From Dendrobates tinctorius (lineage: Eukaryota), in contig NW_027361810.1 in the NCBI RefSeq assembly GCF_039654945.1, positions 32,364,001 to 32,428,000 on the forward strand: 64,000 bases of DNA, given 5' to 3'. The translations under genes and the position numbers were made by a program. The notes beneath the pieces are model-generated. The model had not been told where the DNA came from, did not search any database, and was given only the letters and a program-made list of their open reading frames with translations. Below are positions 36,077 to 47,200 of this stretch, in pieces (the first letter of the stretch is position 1; each line of letters starts with the position of its first letter).

Positions 36077-37039
36077 CTAGTTTAAAGCTCTCCTTACAAG
36101 TGTAGCAAGGCGACTTCCAAATACCTGCTTTCCAGTCTTCGTAAGGTGCACCCCATCTCTAGCAAGTAGTCCATCGTATAAGTAGTTCACTCCGTGATCC
36201 AGAAATCCAAATCGTTGCTGACGGCACCATCGACGTAGCCAGTTGTTCACCTGCAGAATCTTATTCCACCTCCTTGTTCCATGGCCATCCACTGGGAGGA
36301 TGGAAGAGAAGACCACCTGCGCTCCCAGTTCTTTCACTTTCTTGCCTAAGTCTTCAAAGTCTCTGCAGATGGTTTCCAGGTCGTTTCTTGCGGTGTCATT
36401 TGTCCCCACATGTAGTAGCAGGAATGGGTAGTCATCTGTAGGTCTGAAGAGTCCTGATATCCTGTCAGACACATCTTTAATTTTTGCACCTGGAAGACAG
36501 CACATTTCTCTTGAAGTTATATCCGGTCTGCAGATAGCGGCCTCTGTTCCTCTCAACAGGGAATCCCCCATGACCACCACTCTCCGTTTCTTCTTCACAA
36601 CATTTTTCTTTCTCCATCCAGGAGGACTCTGAAGGCGTACAAGGTTGCTGTTTGTTGGCAAAGTCTTATCCTGATGTAGTTCTTCATCGTTTTCCTGCGT
36701 GAGAGCCTGGTACTGGTTTCTGAGCAGTATGGGTGCTGACTGCCTCCTGATCCCCCTGCTTCTCTGGGTCACATGTCTCCAATCCTCTGTTTCTTCAGGT
36801 GCACTTCGAATTTCTTCTCTTTCTGTAACATGAAGAGATAATTCTGCTCTGTCCAAGAACTCTTCACCTTCCTTAATGATCTTCAACGTAGCTAACCTCT
36901 CTTCGAGATTTTGCAACTTTTCCTCCAACAGGGTCACAAGCTTGCATTTGTGGCATGTGAAGTTTGGCTTTTCCACTGGTAAATCTGTGAACATGTAGCA
37001 AGAAATGCAGCTCACCAAATGGCTCCTGGCCTCTTCCAT
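36077..37039 (-). CDS. CR1 ORF1p (Cys-rich zinc finger/coiled coil plus SGNH esterase domain)
   Basis: CxxC...CxxC, GDSLL, HVGTND and DGVH motifs, ending RALN. First ATG is at 37039; the track start at 37171 is a GTG inside the 5' monomer. Confidence 0.92.
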   Translation of the reverse strand: MEEARSHLVSCISCYMFTDLPVEKPNFTCHKCKLVTLLEEKLQNLEERLATLKIIKEGEEFLDRAELSLHVTEREEIRSAPEETEDWRHVTQRSRGIRRQSAPILLRNQYQALTQENDEELHQDKTLPTNSNLVRLQSPPGWRKKNVVKKKRRVVVMGDSLLRGTEAAICRPDITSREMCCLPGAKIKDVSDRISGLFRPTDDYPFLLLHVGTNDTARNDLETICRDFEDLGKKVKELGAQVVFSSILPVDGHGTRRWNKILQVNNWLRRWCRQQRFGFLDHGVNYLYDGLLARDGVHLTKTGKQVFGSRLATLVRRALN

Positions 37040-37097
37040 CTTGAGATTTCTTAAAAAGATGAAAGATGAGCCGAAATTTGCGCGCCGACAGGCGCGC

Positions 37098-37359
37098 GGT
37101 TTCTCCGATTTCCTCTTTTCAGCTGCAACGGCCAAAACCCAGTGATCGTTGAGCTCGCGGAGACTCTTCACTTATCCCAGAAGGCACTGGGAATATGCAA
37201 ATGATCTCCTCAAGACTCTTCCCCTGGTTTCTCCGATTTCCTCTTTTCAGCTGCAACGGCCAAAACCCAGTGATCGTTGAGCTCGCGGAGACTCTTCACT
37301 TATCCCAGAAGGCACTGGGAATATGCAAATGATCTCCTCAAGACTCTTCCCCTGGTTTC
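37098..37359 (-). repeat. Two tandem 128-bp monomers (plus a few bases of a third) in the CR1 5' UTR
   Basis: Apparently identical units start at 37098 and 37226, and a third begins at 37354. Confidence 0.92.
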
Positions 37360-38492
37360 CTTATTATATTATATTATTCCAGTATGCCCCATTTGTGATT
37401 ATATGCTAATTTTATTCTAAGATATGTTAACTAAAATGTACTTTATTCGTGTGGCACGTCCTTTAAGTTTGTTTCCATATGAAAAGTTCCATCATGATAA
37501 GGAAAAACTTCTGCAATTGTAGGCTTTTTTTTAATAAACATCAAGATTAGCCCATGACATTGTCCAAGTTTTTTTTGTCCCTTTGTGTATTTCAGTTTGA
37601 CATTCCTGCACTAGAGCCAATAGACATCATACTGTGGGTGTCTCCCATTTAAAGAGTTATCAAGAACTATATTATTTTTTTACGATGACCGATCTTGCCA
37701 GCGATTCAGCTGCTCCAAGTCAACAGAGCATCTTTTCTTCTGCTGGGCTGCTCTGTCGAAGTGGTGTAACTGGTGACATCATGCCCATTGACTGCCACCT
37801 CCCCAATGCCTATCAGCATGACGACGGCAGTCATGACCCATCAACAAAGCAGAGCAAAAGAGAAGCCACTGCTCTGTCGACGTGACATCTGAGGAAGCCG
37901 CAGAATCGCCGACAGGAGCGGCAGAGATCAGCACTGAGCACAGCAGGCAGGTAGATAGCAAATACCTGCTTGTTAGTTCTTAGGTCCATGGATACCTCCT
38001 TTAGAGGGGTCCCCTCTACAAGCCAAAATTGACAGTTTCTCTGGAGGGTCTTCTGCTCTGACAGACTTGGGCCGATTATCTAATGTCTAGTTGGCGTTAC
38101 TTATTCTCACAAAATAAAAAAATTACTGGGAGCAGAACCCGGGGAAATTGGCTGATCGCCCCAGTGGCACATTTTAAAGGAGGGAGGTTTCTGATGAGAG
38201 ATTTCCTTTAAAACCACCACCCAAAAAAATCAACAAATTTAAACATCTGCTACAGTATAGTAGCGTCTATAGATACGTAAAGTTTGTAGATTGACTAACA
38301 TTCATTATTAAAAAAAATTTTTGTTAAACTTTTGTTAGAGGGGTTGTGCAGGATTAAAAAACCATTGCTGCGTTTTACACAAACATAAAGTAAATGAGAC
38401 TGAGCTGCACTAACGCTCGATGCAAAGATGTGGCGCTGTATTTAGAGGAAAGCCACCATGTTTTTCACATCCTATACCGCCTTCTTTTAAAG

Positions 38493-38656
38493 GAAACCAT
38501 AAAACTAACACCACTTCATTCTCAGGAAGAGGGTTTAACGGTTCACCTACGTCCCCCAGATTGGAGAATTCAGATGGTGGGAAAAGTGAGACGGCTTCCC
38601 TCGAGAGTCTGCAAGAACTGCTCAAAGTCAGTCAGCAGCGGGAAAAGCTCTTCAAG
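38493..38656 (+). CDS. TANK: TANK coding exon 3 (GNHKTN...LQELLKVSQQREKLFK)
   Basis: Acceptor cttcttttaaag (a second in-frame acceptor would start the exon at 38526), donor AAG|GTAACA, phase 1 to 0. Ends REKLFK, like TANK REKLPK. Lies within ORF 38420..38668. Confidence 0.82.
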
Positions 38657-38929
38657 GTAACAAAATGATATTGCATGTGCAATGTGAGATCTCAGCAGCA
38701 ACAGGGAGGCGGGACACTGAGGAGCTGTCAGTAAGGCTGGGTGGAGAGAGATTGAGCTAAACTTTTAGGAAGGATTATTCTGACATGGATTTTCTAAGTA
38801 AACGCACCAGTCTCATCAAGATCTAAGAGATCTATTTAATAATGTATTCAGTTTGTAGTGTGAAATATGGTGTCAGATATTATTTGATGGTTACTCTAAA
38901 TATAGCTCTTAAATTAGAAAGTTACAACA

Positions 38930-40245
38930 CTTACACGACATGCGCTGTGCATGTACGGCGCAAGTCGGGAGCAGGATTATGGTGCGGGCTCACGGGGTGA
39001 GCCCGCTGCATACCTAGCAGGTCATGGCTGTGTATTACAGCCAGGATCTGCCTCTAATAATCGCAGGTGGAGCCGGTGCTCTATCTGACAGCGACATTTA
39101 ACGCATGCTGGCCTTGTGTGCATAAATCCATGCACCCATTGGCGCGCCCATGATGTGATCACAAGTTACCAATGGGTCGTGATGAAACCAGTGGGTCAAT
39201 TGATGACTTGTGTACTTGTCTTAGCTGGGCTTCCAAGGTAACCAAGAAAAGTGAAAAGTAAAAAAAAAGTTTAAAAAAATACGAAAAAAAGACATAAAAG
39301 TTCAAATCACCCTCTTTTCTGCCATTAAAAATAGATAATAAAAAAACACATATTAGGTATCACCGTGTTCATAAAAGTCTAATCTATCAAAATATAACCA
39401 TAATTAACCCTGTAAACATTGTAAACTAAAAAATTAAAAATTGTTTGGTCGCTGCAATTCCACAAAAAATGCTGTAACAAGTTATCAAAAAGTCACCTCT
39501 ATCCCAAAATGGTATCAATAAAAACATTGTCTCGACTCACAGCACAAAAAATAAGCCATTGCACAGCTCCATTGACCGAAAAATGCAAACTTTATGAGTC
39601 CCAGAAAATGGCGACAAACCCCCCCCCCAAAAAATTTTTTTGCAGACTTTTTGTCTTTTTTTTCACCACTAAAATGATAAAACAACTGGACATGTTTGGT
39701 ATCGCCGTAATCGTAATGATGAGGAGAATCATACTGCAAAATCAATTTTACCTCAAAATGTATGCCGTAAAAACAATTCCCAAAACACAATATTAAAATT
39801 GCGTTTTTTCACAGTTCATCCCCACTTGGAATTTTTCTCCTGTTTCCTTCCCAGTATATAATGTGGTAAAATGAATGGTGTCATTGAAAAGGACATCTCG
39901 TCCCAGGAAAAACAAGCCCTCATGTGGACAGAGAAATAAAACACTTATGGCTCTGGGGAAAAAGGGGAGGAAAAAGAAAACAAAAACTGATAAAAATCGG
40001 AAAATGGGCATGGCGTGAAGGGGTTCAAAGGTCATGTAACGTCACCGATGAGATCTTTGTGCAGAACGTCTGCTGCAGTGATCTGTTCTAGCAAATTGGA
40101 TGACATTTCATGGAGATGGTCATGCCCGGGGCGCATCTGAGAAAGACTGAAAAAAAAGAAAATGAAAAAAGTTTTTGCTCTGGGAAGAAGGAGAGGAAAT
40201 AGCGAAGAGTCAAAAAATGGGAATTGGCCGCATCATGAAGGGGTT
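38930..40245. mobile_element. TTAA-type (piggyBac-like) non-autonomous element remnants
   Basis: Reverse-complement similarity to 211-800, ending in AAGGGGTT(AA). Boundaries approximate. Confidence 0.55.
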
Positions 40246-40559
40246 AATTTGTCTCTTGTAGCTTTCAAGAACACAGCTTGCTGTTGTTGAATGGAAATTC
40301 TCGCTGTTTATGTCTGAACCTGACAGTCTCTTGGATGGGGGACAATGAATGTTTCTGTTCGCTGATAATAGAGAATTCTGAAATGAGGAAGTAGTCCATC
40401 CACTATATCACAAAGCTGCGTTTACAGAAAAGTGGAAAATCCCTTTATGGGTAACCCACGCTCACAGCAGTAAAAGTTCCCACAGGGAAATAGCAATTCA
40501 CTTAGCTTCATTTTTTGGCATCTATGCATCACACAGTACGTATATACTGTGTGTATATA

Positions 40560-42116
40560 TCTAATATATAAAGCTCAAGTGTATGTATGCATGTATGTAT
40601 GTCCGGGATTGGCATCCGCAACGTCGCAGCTACAGCCACAAAATTTTGCACAGTCACACGTCTAGACCCCGAGAGCGTCATAGGCTATGTTGTGAGGCGA
40701 AATTTTAACCCCACGTGTATCAATTCACCAAACAATTTTGCCCCTATCTACATAATGGGGAAAAAGTGAAAGGAAAAGTGTTGGAGGCAAATTGACAGCT
40801 GCCAGATGTGAACAAGGGGGACTTCAAGAATGAGAGCGATGGCGCCAAACAGTATATACCGTACAGTTGCTAAGGTGGGGCCCTGACATGGGATACTCAC
40901 CACACACGGGGATATGAACACACACAAAATACGCCACACACTACCACGTGCTTCATCACATATACCGCCCTCCGCACACATTTCACCACACACCAACCTC
41001 GCCACATAAAAGTCGAAACACAAAAGTCGCCACTCAAAACTCGCCACGCTGTCCCAGAGCTGTTTAAAAGATGAAAAATGAGCTGTGATTGGTCGCTATC
41101 AGCAACAGGTTTCTTTGTAGACAGTTGTGGTAACTGAGGCCTATTATTATTGTTATCATTTCTATGGTGATATCGTCCTTCTGTAAAGCTGGAAATAACA
41201 CAATTTATTACCGTGCCAACACAGACCACCCTCTGACACAGACTGCAGGGGGAGCCCAGTATCATACAGGATAGGATTAGATGCACGGCTCAGCAGTCAG
41301 TATCACACAGGATAGGATTAGATACACAGGTCAGCAGTCAGTATCACACAGGATAGGATTAGATACACAGCTCAGCAGTCAGTATCACACAGGATAGGAT
41401 TAGATACACAGCTCAGCAGTCAGTATCACACAGGATAGGAATAGATGCACGGCTCAGCAGTCAGTATCACACAGGATAGGAATAGATACACGGCTCAGCA
41501 GACAGTATCACACAGGATAGGATTAGATACGCAGCTCAGCACCAGTATCACACAGAATAGGATTAGATACACAGCTCAGCAGTCCGTATCACACAGGATA
41601 GGATTAGATACACGGCTCAGCAGTCAGTATCACACAGGATAGGAATAGATACACGGCTCAGCAGACAGTATCACACAGGATAGGATTAGATACGCAGCTC
41701 AGCACACAGTATCACACAGAACAGGATTAGATACACGGCTCAGCAGTCAGTATCACACAGGATAGGATTAGATACACGGCTCAGCAGTCAGTATCACACA
41801 GGATAGGAATAGATACACGGCTCAGCAGACAGTATCACACAGGACAGGATTAGATACGCAGCTCAGCACCAGTATCACACAGAATAGGATTAGATACACG
41901 GCTCAGCAGTCCGTATCACACAGGATAGGATTAGATACACGGCTCAGCAGTCAGTATCACACAGGATAGGAATAGATACATGGCTCAGCAGTCAGTATCA
42001 CACAGGATAGGATTAGATGCACAGTTTTTATGCACAATATAATCATTATAATTTGATATACAGTAACTAACCACAGTTGGTTACTATGCCCAGGCAACGC
42101 CGGGCTCTTCAGCTAG
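40560..42116 (+). mobile_element. Non-autonomous Helitron with a different 41-bp internal minisatellite (about 41260-42025)
   Basis: a|TCTAATATATAAAG start, hairpin plus CTAG|t end, termini shared with 4861-6986. Unit tcacacaggataggattagatacacggctcagcagtcagta. Confidence 0.88.
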
Positions 42117-42140
42117 TATATATATATATATGTGTATATA

Positions 42141-45100
42141 CTAGCTGAAGAGCCCGGCGCTGCCCGGGCATAGTAACTAACTGTGGTTAGTTATAGCAAA
42201 TTATAATTATCCTCCATCCCATAGTCCCGTGCCCATATACCCATCATACATATCCACGATCCCATAGTCCCATGCCCATATACGCATCACACATCCTCCA
42301 TCCCATAGTCCCGTGCCCATATACCCATCATACATATTCGCCATCCCATAGTCGAGTGCCCATATACCCATCATACATATCCTCCATCCCATAGTAGAGT
42401 GCCCATATACCCATCATACATATCCACGATCCCATAGTCCCATGCCCATATACCCATCACACATCCTTCATCTCATAGTCCCGTGCCCATACACCCATCA
42501 TACATATTCGCCATCCCATAGTCGAGTGCCCATATACCCATCACACATCCTCCATCCCATAGTCCCATGCCCATATACCCATCATACATATTCGCCATCC
42601 CCAGGGCTGGCGTTAGGGGCAGGCAGACCAGGCAGCTGCCTAGGGCCCCCGCTCCCCCAGGGGCCCCCAGCTAGCGGCACATCACACAGCTGCTATAGGG
42701 CCCATTGAAGCAGGGGGCCCGCTTTCCCCCAGTGCCGACTCCCCCCGCCACCGCATTGAACTATACCGGCGACTGCCAGTACAGTTCAAAGCAATAATGG
42801 AGGAGAGAGCGTCAGCCAACGCTCCCTCTCCCATCATTCCCCGCTCTGCCACTGACACAGCGGGTGCGCGATGACATCATCGCACTCTCACTGTGTGCCG
42901 GCAGAGCAGGAGACAGGAGCAGCCAGCAGCGCGGGCACAAGGAGAAGGTGAGAATAGTTTTTTTTTTTTTTTTTAATATATCAGTGTGAGTACTGGACTG
43001 TGGGGCCATTCTGGGGGGGAGCGGCTATATGCTATGCTGGGCTATATACTCTGTGCTGGGCTATATACTATGGTGGTATTGGTGGGCTTTATACCATGCT
43101 GGGCTGTATACTGTGCTGGGTTATATACTATTGTGGCATTGGTGGGCTATATACCATGCTGGGCTATAAACTATGGTGGGCTGCATACTATGCTGGGCTA
43201 TATACCATGCTGGGCTGTATACTGTGCTGGGCTGTATACCATGCTGGACTGTATACTATGGTGGGCTATATACCATGCTGGGCTGTATACTATGGTGGGC
43301 TATATACTATGCTGGGCTATATACAATGCTGGGCTGTATACTGTGCTGGGCTATATACCATGCTGGGCTGTATACTGTGCTGGGCTATATACTATACTGG
43401 GCTGTATACTGTGCTGGGCTATATACTATGCTGGGCTGTATACTATGCTGGGCTATATACTGTGCTGGGCTATATACTGTGCTGGGCTCTATACTATGCT
43501 GGGCTATATACTATGCTGGGCTGTATACTATGCTGGGCTGTATACTATGCTGGGCTCTATACTATGCTGGGCTCTATACTGTGCTGGGCTATTTACTATG
43601 CTGGGCTGTATACTGTGCTGGGCTATATACCATGTGGTGCTGGGCTATATACCATGATGGGCTATATACCATGTGGTGCTGGGCTACATACCATGCTGGG
43701 CTATATACCATGGTGGGCTGTGCTATATACCATGTGGTACTGTGCTATATACCATGGTGGGCTGTTCTATATACCATGGTGGTGCTGTGCTTTATACTAT
43801 GCAGCTGAGTTATATACTAAGGGGGTACATTTTACATTATAATCTATGGGGGAGGCTGTGTTATATAATATGGGGGCTTACATTATATTCTATGGGGAGG
43901 TGGGCAGTATTTTATTCTATTTGGGGCTACATTATATTCTATGGGGGGCTGTATTATATTTATTATATTCTTTGGGCGGTGATTGCATCATACTCTATGA
44001 GGGGGCTACATTATACTATATGAGGAGGCTACATTGTATTCTATGGGGGGGCAGCATTATCTGTGGGGGCTAGATTATATTGTATGGGGGCTTTATTATA
44101 TTCTATGGGGGCTGCATTATACTATATGAGAAGGGCTACATTATACTATATAAGGGGCTGCATTATACTCTATGAGGGGGTTGCCATATATTCTATGGAG
44201 GGGCTGCATTATATTCTGTGGGGGGTTACATTATATTCTGTGGAATAGCTGCATTATACTCTGAGGGGTAGCTGCATTATGCTCTAAGGGGTGGCTGCAT
44301 TATACTATAAGAGGGGGGCTGCATTATATTCTATGGGGATTACATTATATTGTATGGCGGGGCTGCATTATAATCTGTGGGGTGGCTGCATTATGCTCTA
44401 TGTGGGCTGCATTATACTGTATTGAGGACTATGGGGAATACATTATATGATGAACTATGGTGTGCATTATACTATGGGAAGTGAATTGTACTACATGGAT
44501 GACTATGGCGGTGCATTATACTATATGGAGCACTATGAGGAGTGTATTATACTATATGGTGGACTGAGCAGTGTATTTTAATATATAGAGGACTATGGGG
44601 AGTCTATTATACTATATTGAGGACTATGGGGAGTGTATTATACAATATGGAGGACTGAGGAGTGTATTATACTATATGGAGGACTATGGAGTACATTATA
44701 TTATATGGAGGACTATAGGGAGTGTATTATAAAATATGGAGGACTATGGGGAGGGAATTATGCAATATGGAGAACTGAGGAGTTTATTATACTATATGGA
44801 GGACTATGGGGCACATTATATTATATGGAGGACTATGGGATGTAAACTGTAGATGTGCTGCTGATAACATGATACTGTATGGTGATTTGTTAGTGATCCA
44901 TTAGTGATTGTTCTGTCCCCATCATTCTTTCTCAGACGGTGGAAAGAGGCCGGGAAACAAGTGTTGAACGACTTCAATATTGTCGATCACACTCATTTAG
45001 CGGCCTGAACTCAGCGCATATAAATACAACCGAAATGCTTCTGTGTGATGTGCAATATGTTAGCTTTTGGGGCCCCATTTTAATCTTTGCCTAGGGCCCC

Positions 45101-45822
45101 ACTTTGCCTAAAACCGGCCCTGGCCATCCCATAGTCGGGTGCCCATATACCCATCACACATCCTTCATCTCATAGTCCCATACCCATATACCCATCATAC
45201 ATATCCGCCATCCCATAGTCCCGTGCCCATATACCCATCATACATATCTGCCATCCCATAGTCCCGTGCCCATATACCCATCATACATATCCGCCATCCC
45301 ATAGTCCCGTGCCCATATAACCGTCATACATATCCTCCATTCCTTAGTCCAGTGCCCATATACCAGTCACACATCCTCCATCCCATAGTCCCGTGCCCAT
45401 ATACCCGTCATATATATCCTCCATCCCAGAGTCCAGTGCCCATATACCCATCACACATCCTCCATCCCATAGTCAACCATTATGACATCATAATGAGCGG
45501 CGGGGCTTGCAACCTATGATGACATCAGCGTCGCCATGGCAACCATTATGACGTCATGAGGGGCGGGGCTTGATACACACACTTTTTCCCCATTATGTAG
45601 ATAGGGGCAAAATTGTTTGGTGAATTGGAACGAGTGGGGTTAAAATTTCGCCTCACAACATAGCCTAGAACACTCTCGGGGTCCAAACGTGTGACTGTGC
45701 CAAATTTTGTGGCTGTAGCTGCGACGGTGCGGATGTCAATCCTGGACATACACACACACACACACACACACACATACATACATACATACATACATACATA
45801 CACACAAGCTTTATATATTAGA
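42141..45822 (-). mobile_element. Non-autonomous Helitron (same subfamily as 4861-6986) interrupted by a hAT element
   Basis: Same CTAG/hairpin end at 42141, TC start at 45822, and the same 41/43-bp array. Confidence 0.88.
42602..45122. mobile_element. Non-autonomous hAT-type element filled with short degenerate tandem repeats
   Basis: TIRs CAGGGCTGGCGTTAGG / CCTAAAACCGGCCCTG and a perfect 8-bp TSD GCCATCCC (42594-42601, 45123-45130). Confidence 0.9.
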
Positions 45823-46149
45823 TATATATGTACAGACTGGGGCTGGCATTTGAAATCACACAGGCCCATGTTGTCCCTGTCCCCGAGAACCAGATGAGAT
45901 ATATTACTAATATTACCCTGCATGGAGGAAAGCAAGATTTGCTACAAGACCAATATTTCTAATAATACCCATGGCCTACAGGGGTAAGTGATGGAGTCAG
46001 CGACTTGGTGCTCCATCACAACTCTTTACAGTATGGGTGTCTTGAGAACAATGATTCTGTTAACAATGTAGTAGACAAGGCAGCCCATAATCAGACAGAG
46101 GCCCTACTGGCATTTGCCAGAATTTCCAGATGGCCAGTCCGGCCCTGTG

Positions 46150-46200
<51 letters not shown>

Positions 46201-46203
<3 letters not shown>

Positions 46204-46878
46204 AACACAGAGAAGCACTATACAACAAACGTGAAAAAATACTCTGCTGTAAAAAAATTTTCAACAATAATCAGCATGTGCTTGTAAAAAGATGATAGCA
46301 AAACAGGGTATTTAGTTGATACGTTTTTAGCAAAAAATGTATGCTAAGCTGCTCTACCAACGCCACGGTTGTATTGTGTTTCTCTATGTTCCAGTCTCTT
46401 GGTGGTGTGAACACTGTCTTACCGACTTGTTCACTGTGTGTGCATGGCCCATGCGTTTGTATTCCATTGGTTTCTTGCTTCTGCAAGTTTTTGGGAGGTC
46501 TCCACCCCTCTCTTGTGAGCCATACACATATAAAGCCATCTCACACAGCATGTCCTCATGAATCCTGCTCATATAAGTACTGTTCACATGGTCAGGTTTT
46601 AAATACATTGGATAGGACTGCTCTGAGGGGTATACCTTGGCGTTGGTAGAGTGGCTTAGTATACATTTTTTGTAAAAAAAAACGTATCAACTAAATACCC
46701 TGTTTTTGTTATTATCTTTTTACTAGCACTTGCGGTTTATTGTTGAAATTTTTTTACAGCAGAGTATTTCTTCACGTTTGTTGTATTGTGTTTCTCTGTG
46801 TTCCAGTCTCTTGATGGTGTGAATACTGTCTTACCGACTTGTTCACTTTATGTGCATGGCCCATGCGTCTGTATTCCA
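46201..46878. mobile_element. Penelope-like (pLTR-type) remnant inserted in (TA)n
   Basis: About 165-bp inverted repeat (46201-46364 vs 46638-46805) plus about 100-bp direct repeat (46368-46467 vs 46780-46878), flanked by TA microsatellite. Family assignment is inferred from architecture only. Confidence 0.5.
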
Positions 46879-47029
46879 TATATATATATAATATATATAA
46901 TATATAAACAAGCCAAGAGTAATAAAATCCCGCGTTTCCCATCAGGCGCCGGCAATGCCGCAGTCTGGCCCTGCATATACAGCAGGTTTCATGACCTTTG
47001 CTTATCGAATGCCACATGTTCTATTCCAG

Positions 47030-47200
47030 GATCAGCTGGATATAGAAAAACTTCATGTCTTGAAATTGGAAGGAGATTGTGAGATGTTGGAGTCTGATCT
47101 TGCCAGTAAGAATGAAACAATTCAATATCTAAAAAAGTCATTAAAGGAAGCCAGAGAGATGAAGGAAAAACCGGAGCAGAGAGCAATCCTCGACTCAGAA
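47030..47200 (+). CDS. TANK: TANK coding exon 4, additional 57-aa coiled-coil exon (DQLDIEKLHVLKLEGD...RAILDSE)
   Basis: Acceptor gttctattccag, donor GAA|GTGAGT, 171 nt, phase 0-0. Charged, heptad-like sequence within ORF 46955..47275. Fits the phases of both neighbours. Confidence 0.8.

Larger units (their letters stand above)
33091..37359 (-). mobile_element. Full-length CR1 LINE, antisense within the TANK intron between coding exons 2 and 3
   Basis: Two open ORFs, a (ATTCTATG)n-type 3' tail (plus strand tagaatcatagaatc), tandem 5' monomers, and candidate TSD CTTATTA at 33084-33090 and 37360-37366. Confidence 0.96.

Noticed and set aside
41260-42025. Regular arrays (also 4930-6643, 49665-50545, 57968-58261) as CRISPR-like
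   Set aside because: Head-to-tail repeats without unique spacers, in a eukaryotic context with no cas genes.
42986-44845. Hydrophobic repetitive ORFs resembling membrane proteins
   Set aside because: Translations of short degenerate tandem repeats inside a TSD-bounded hAT element.
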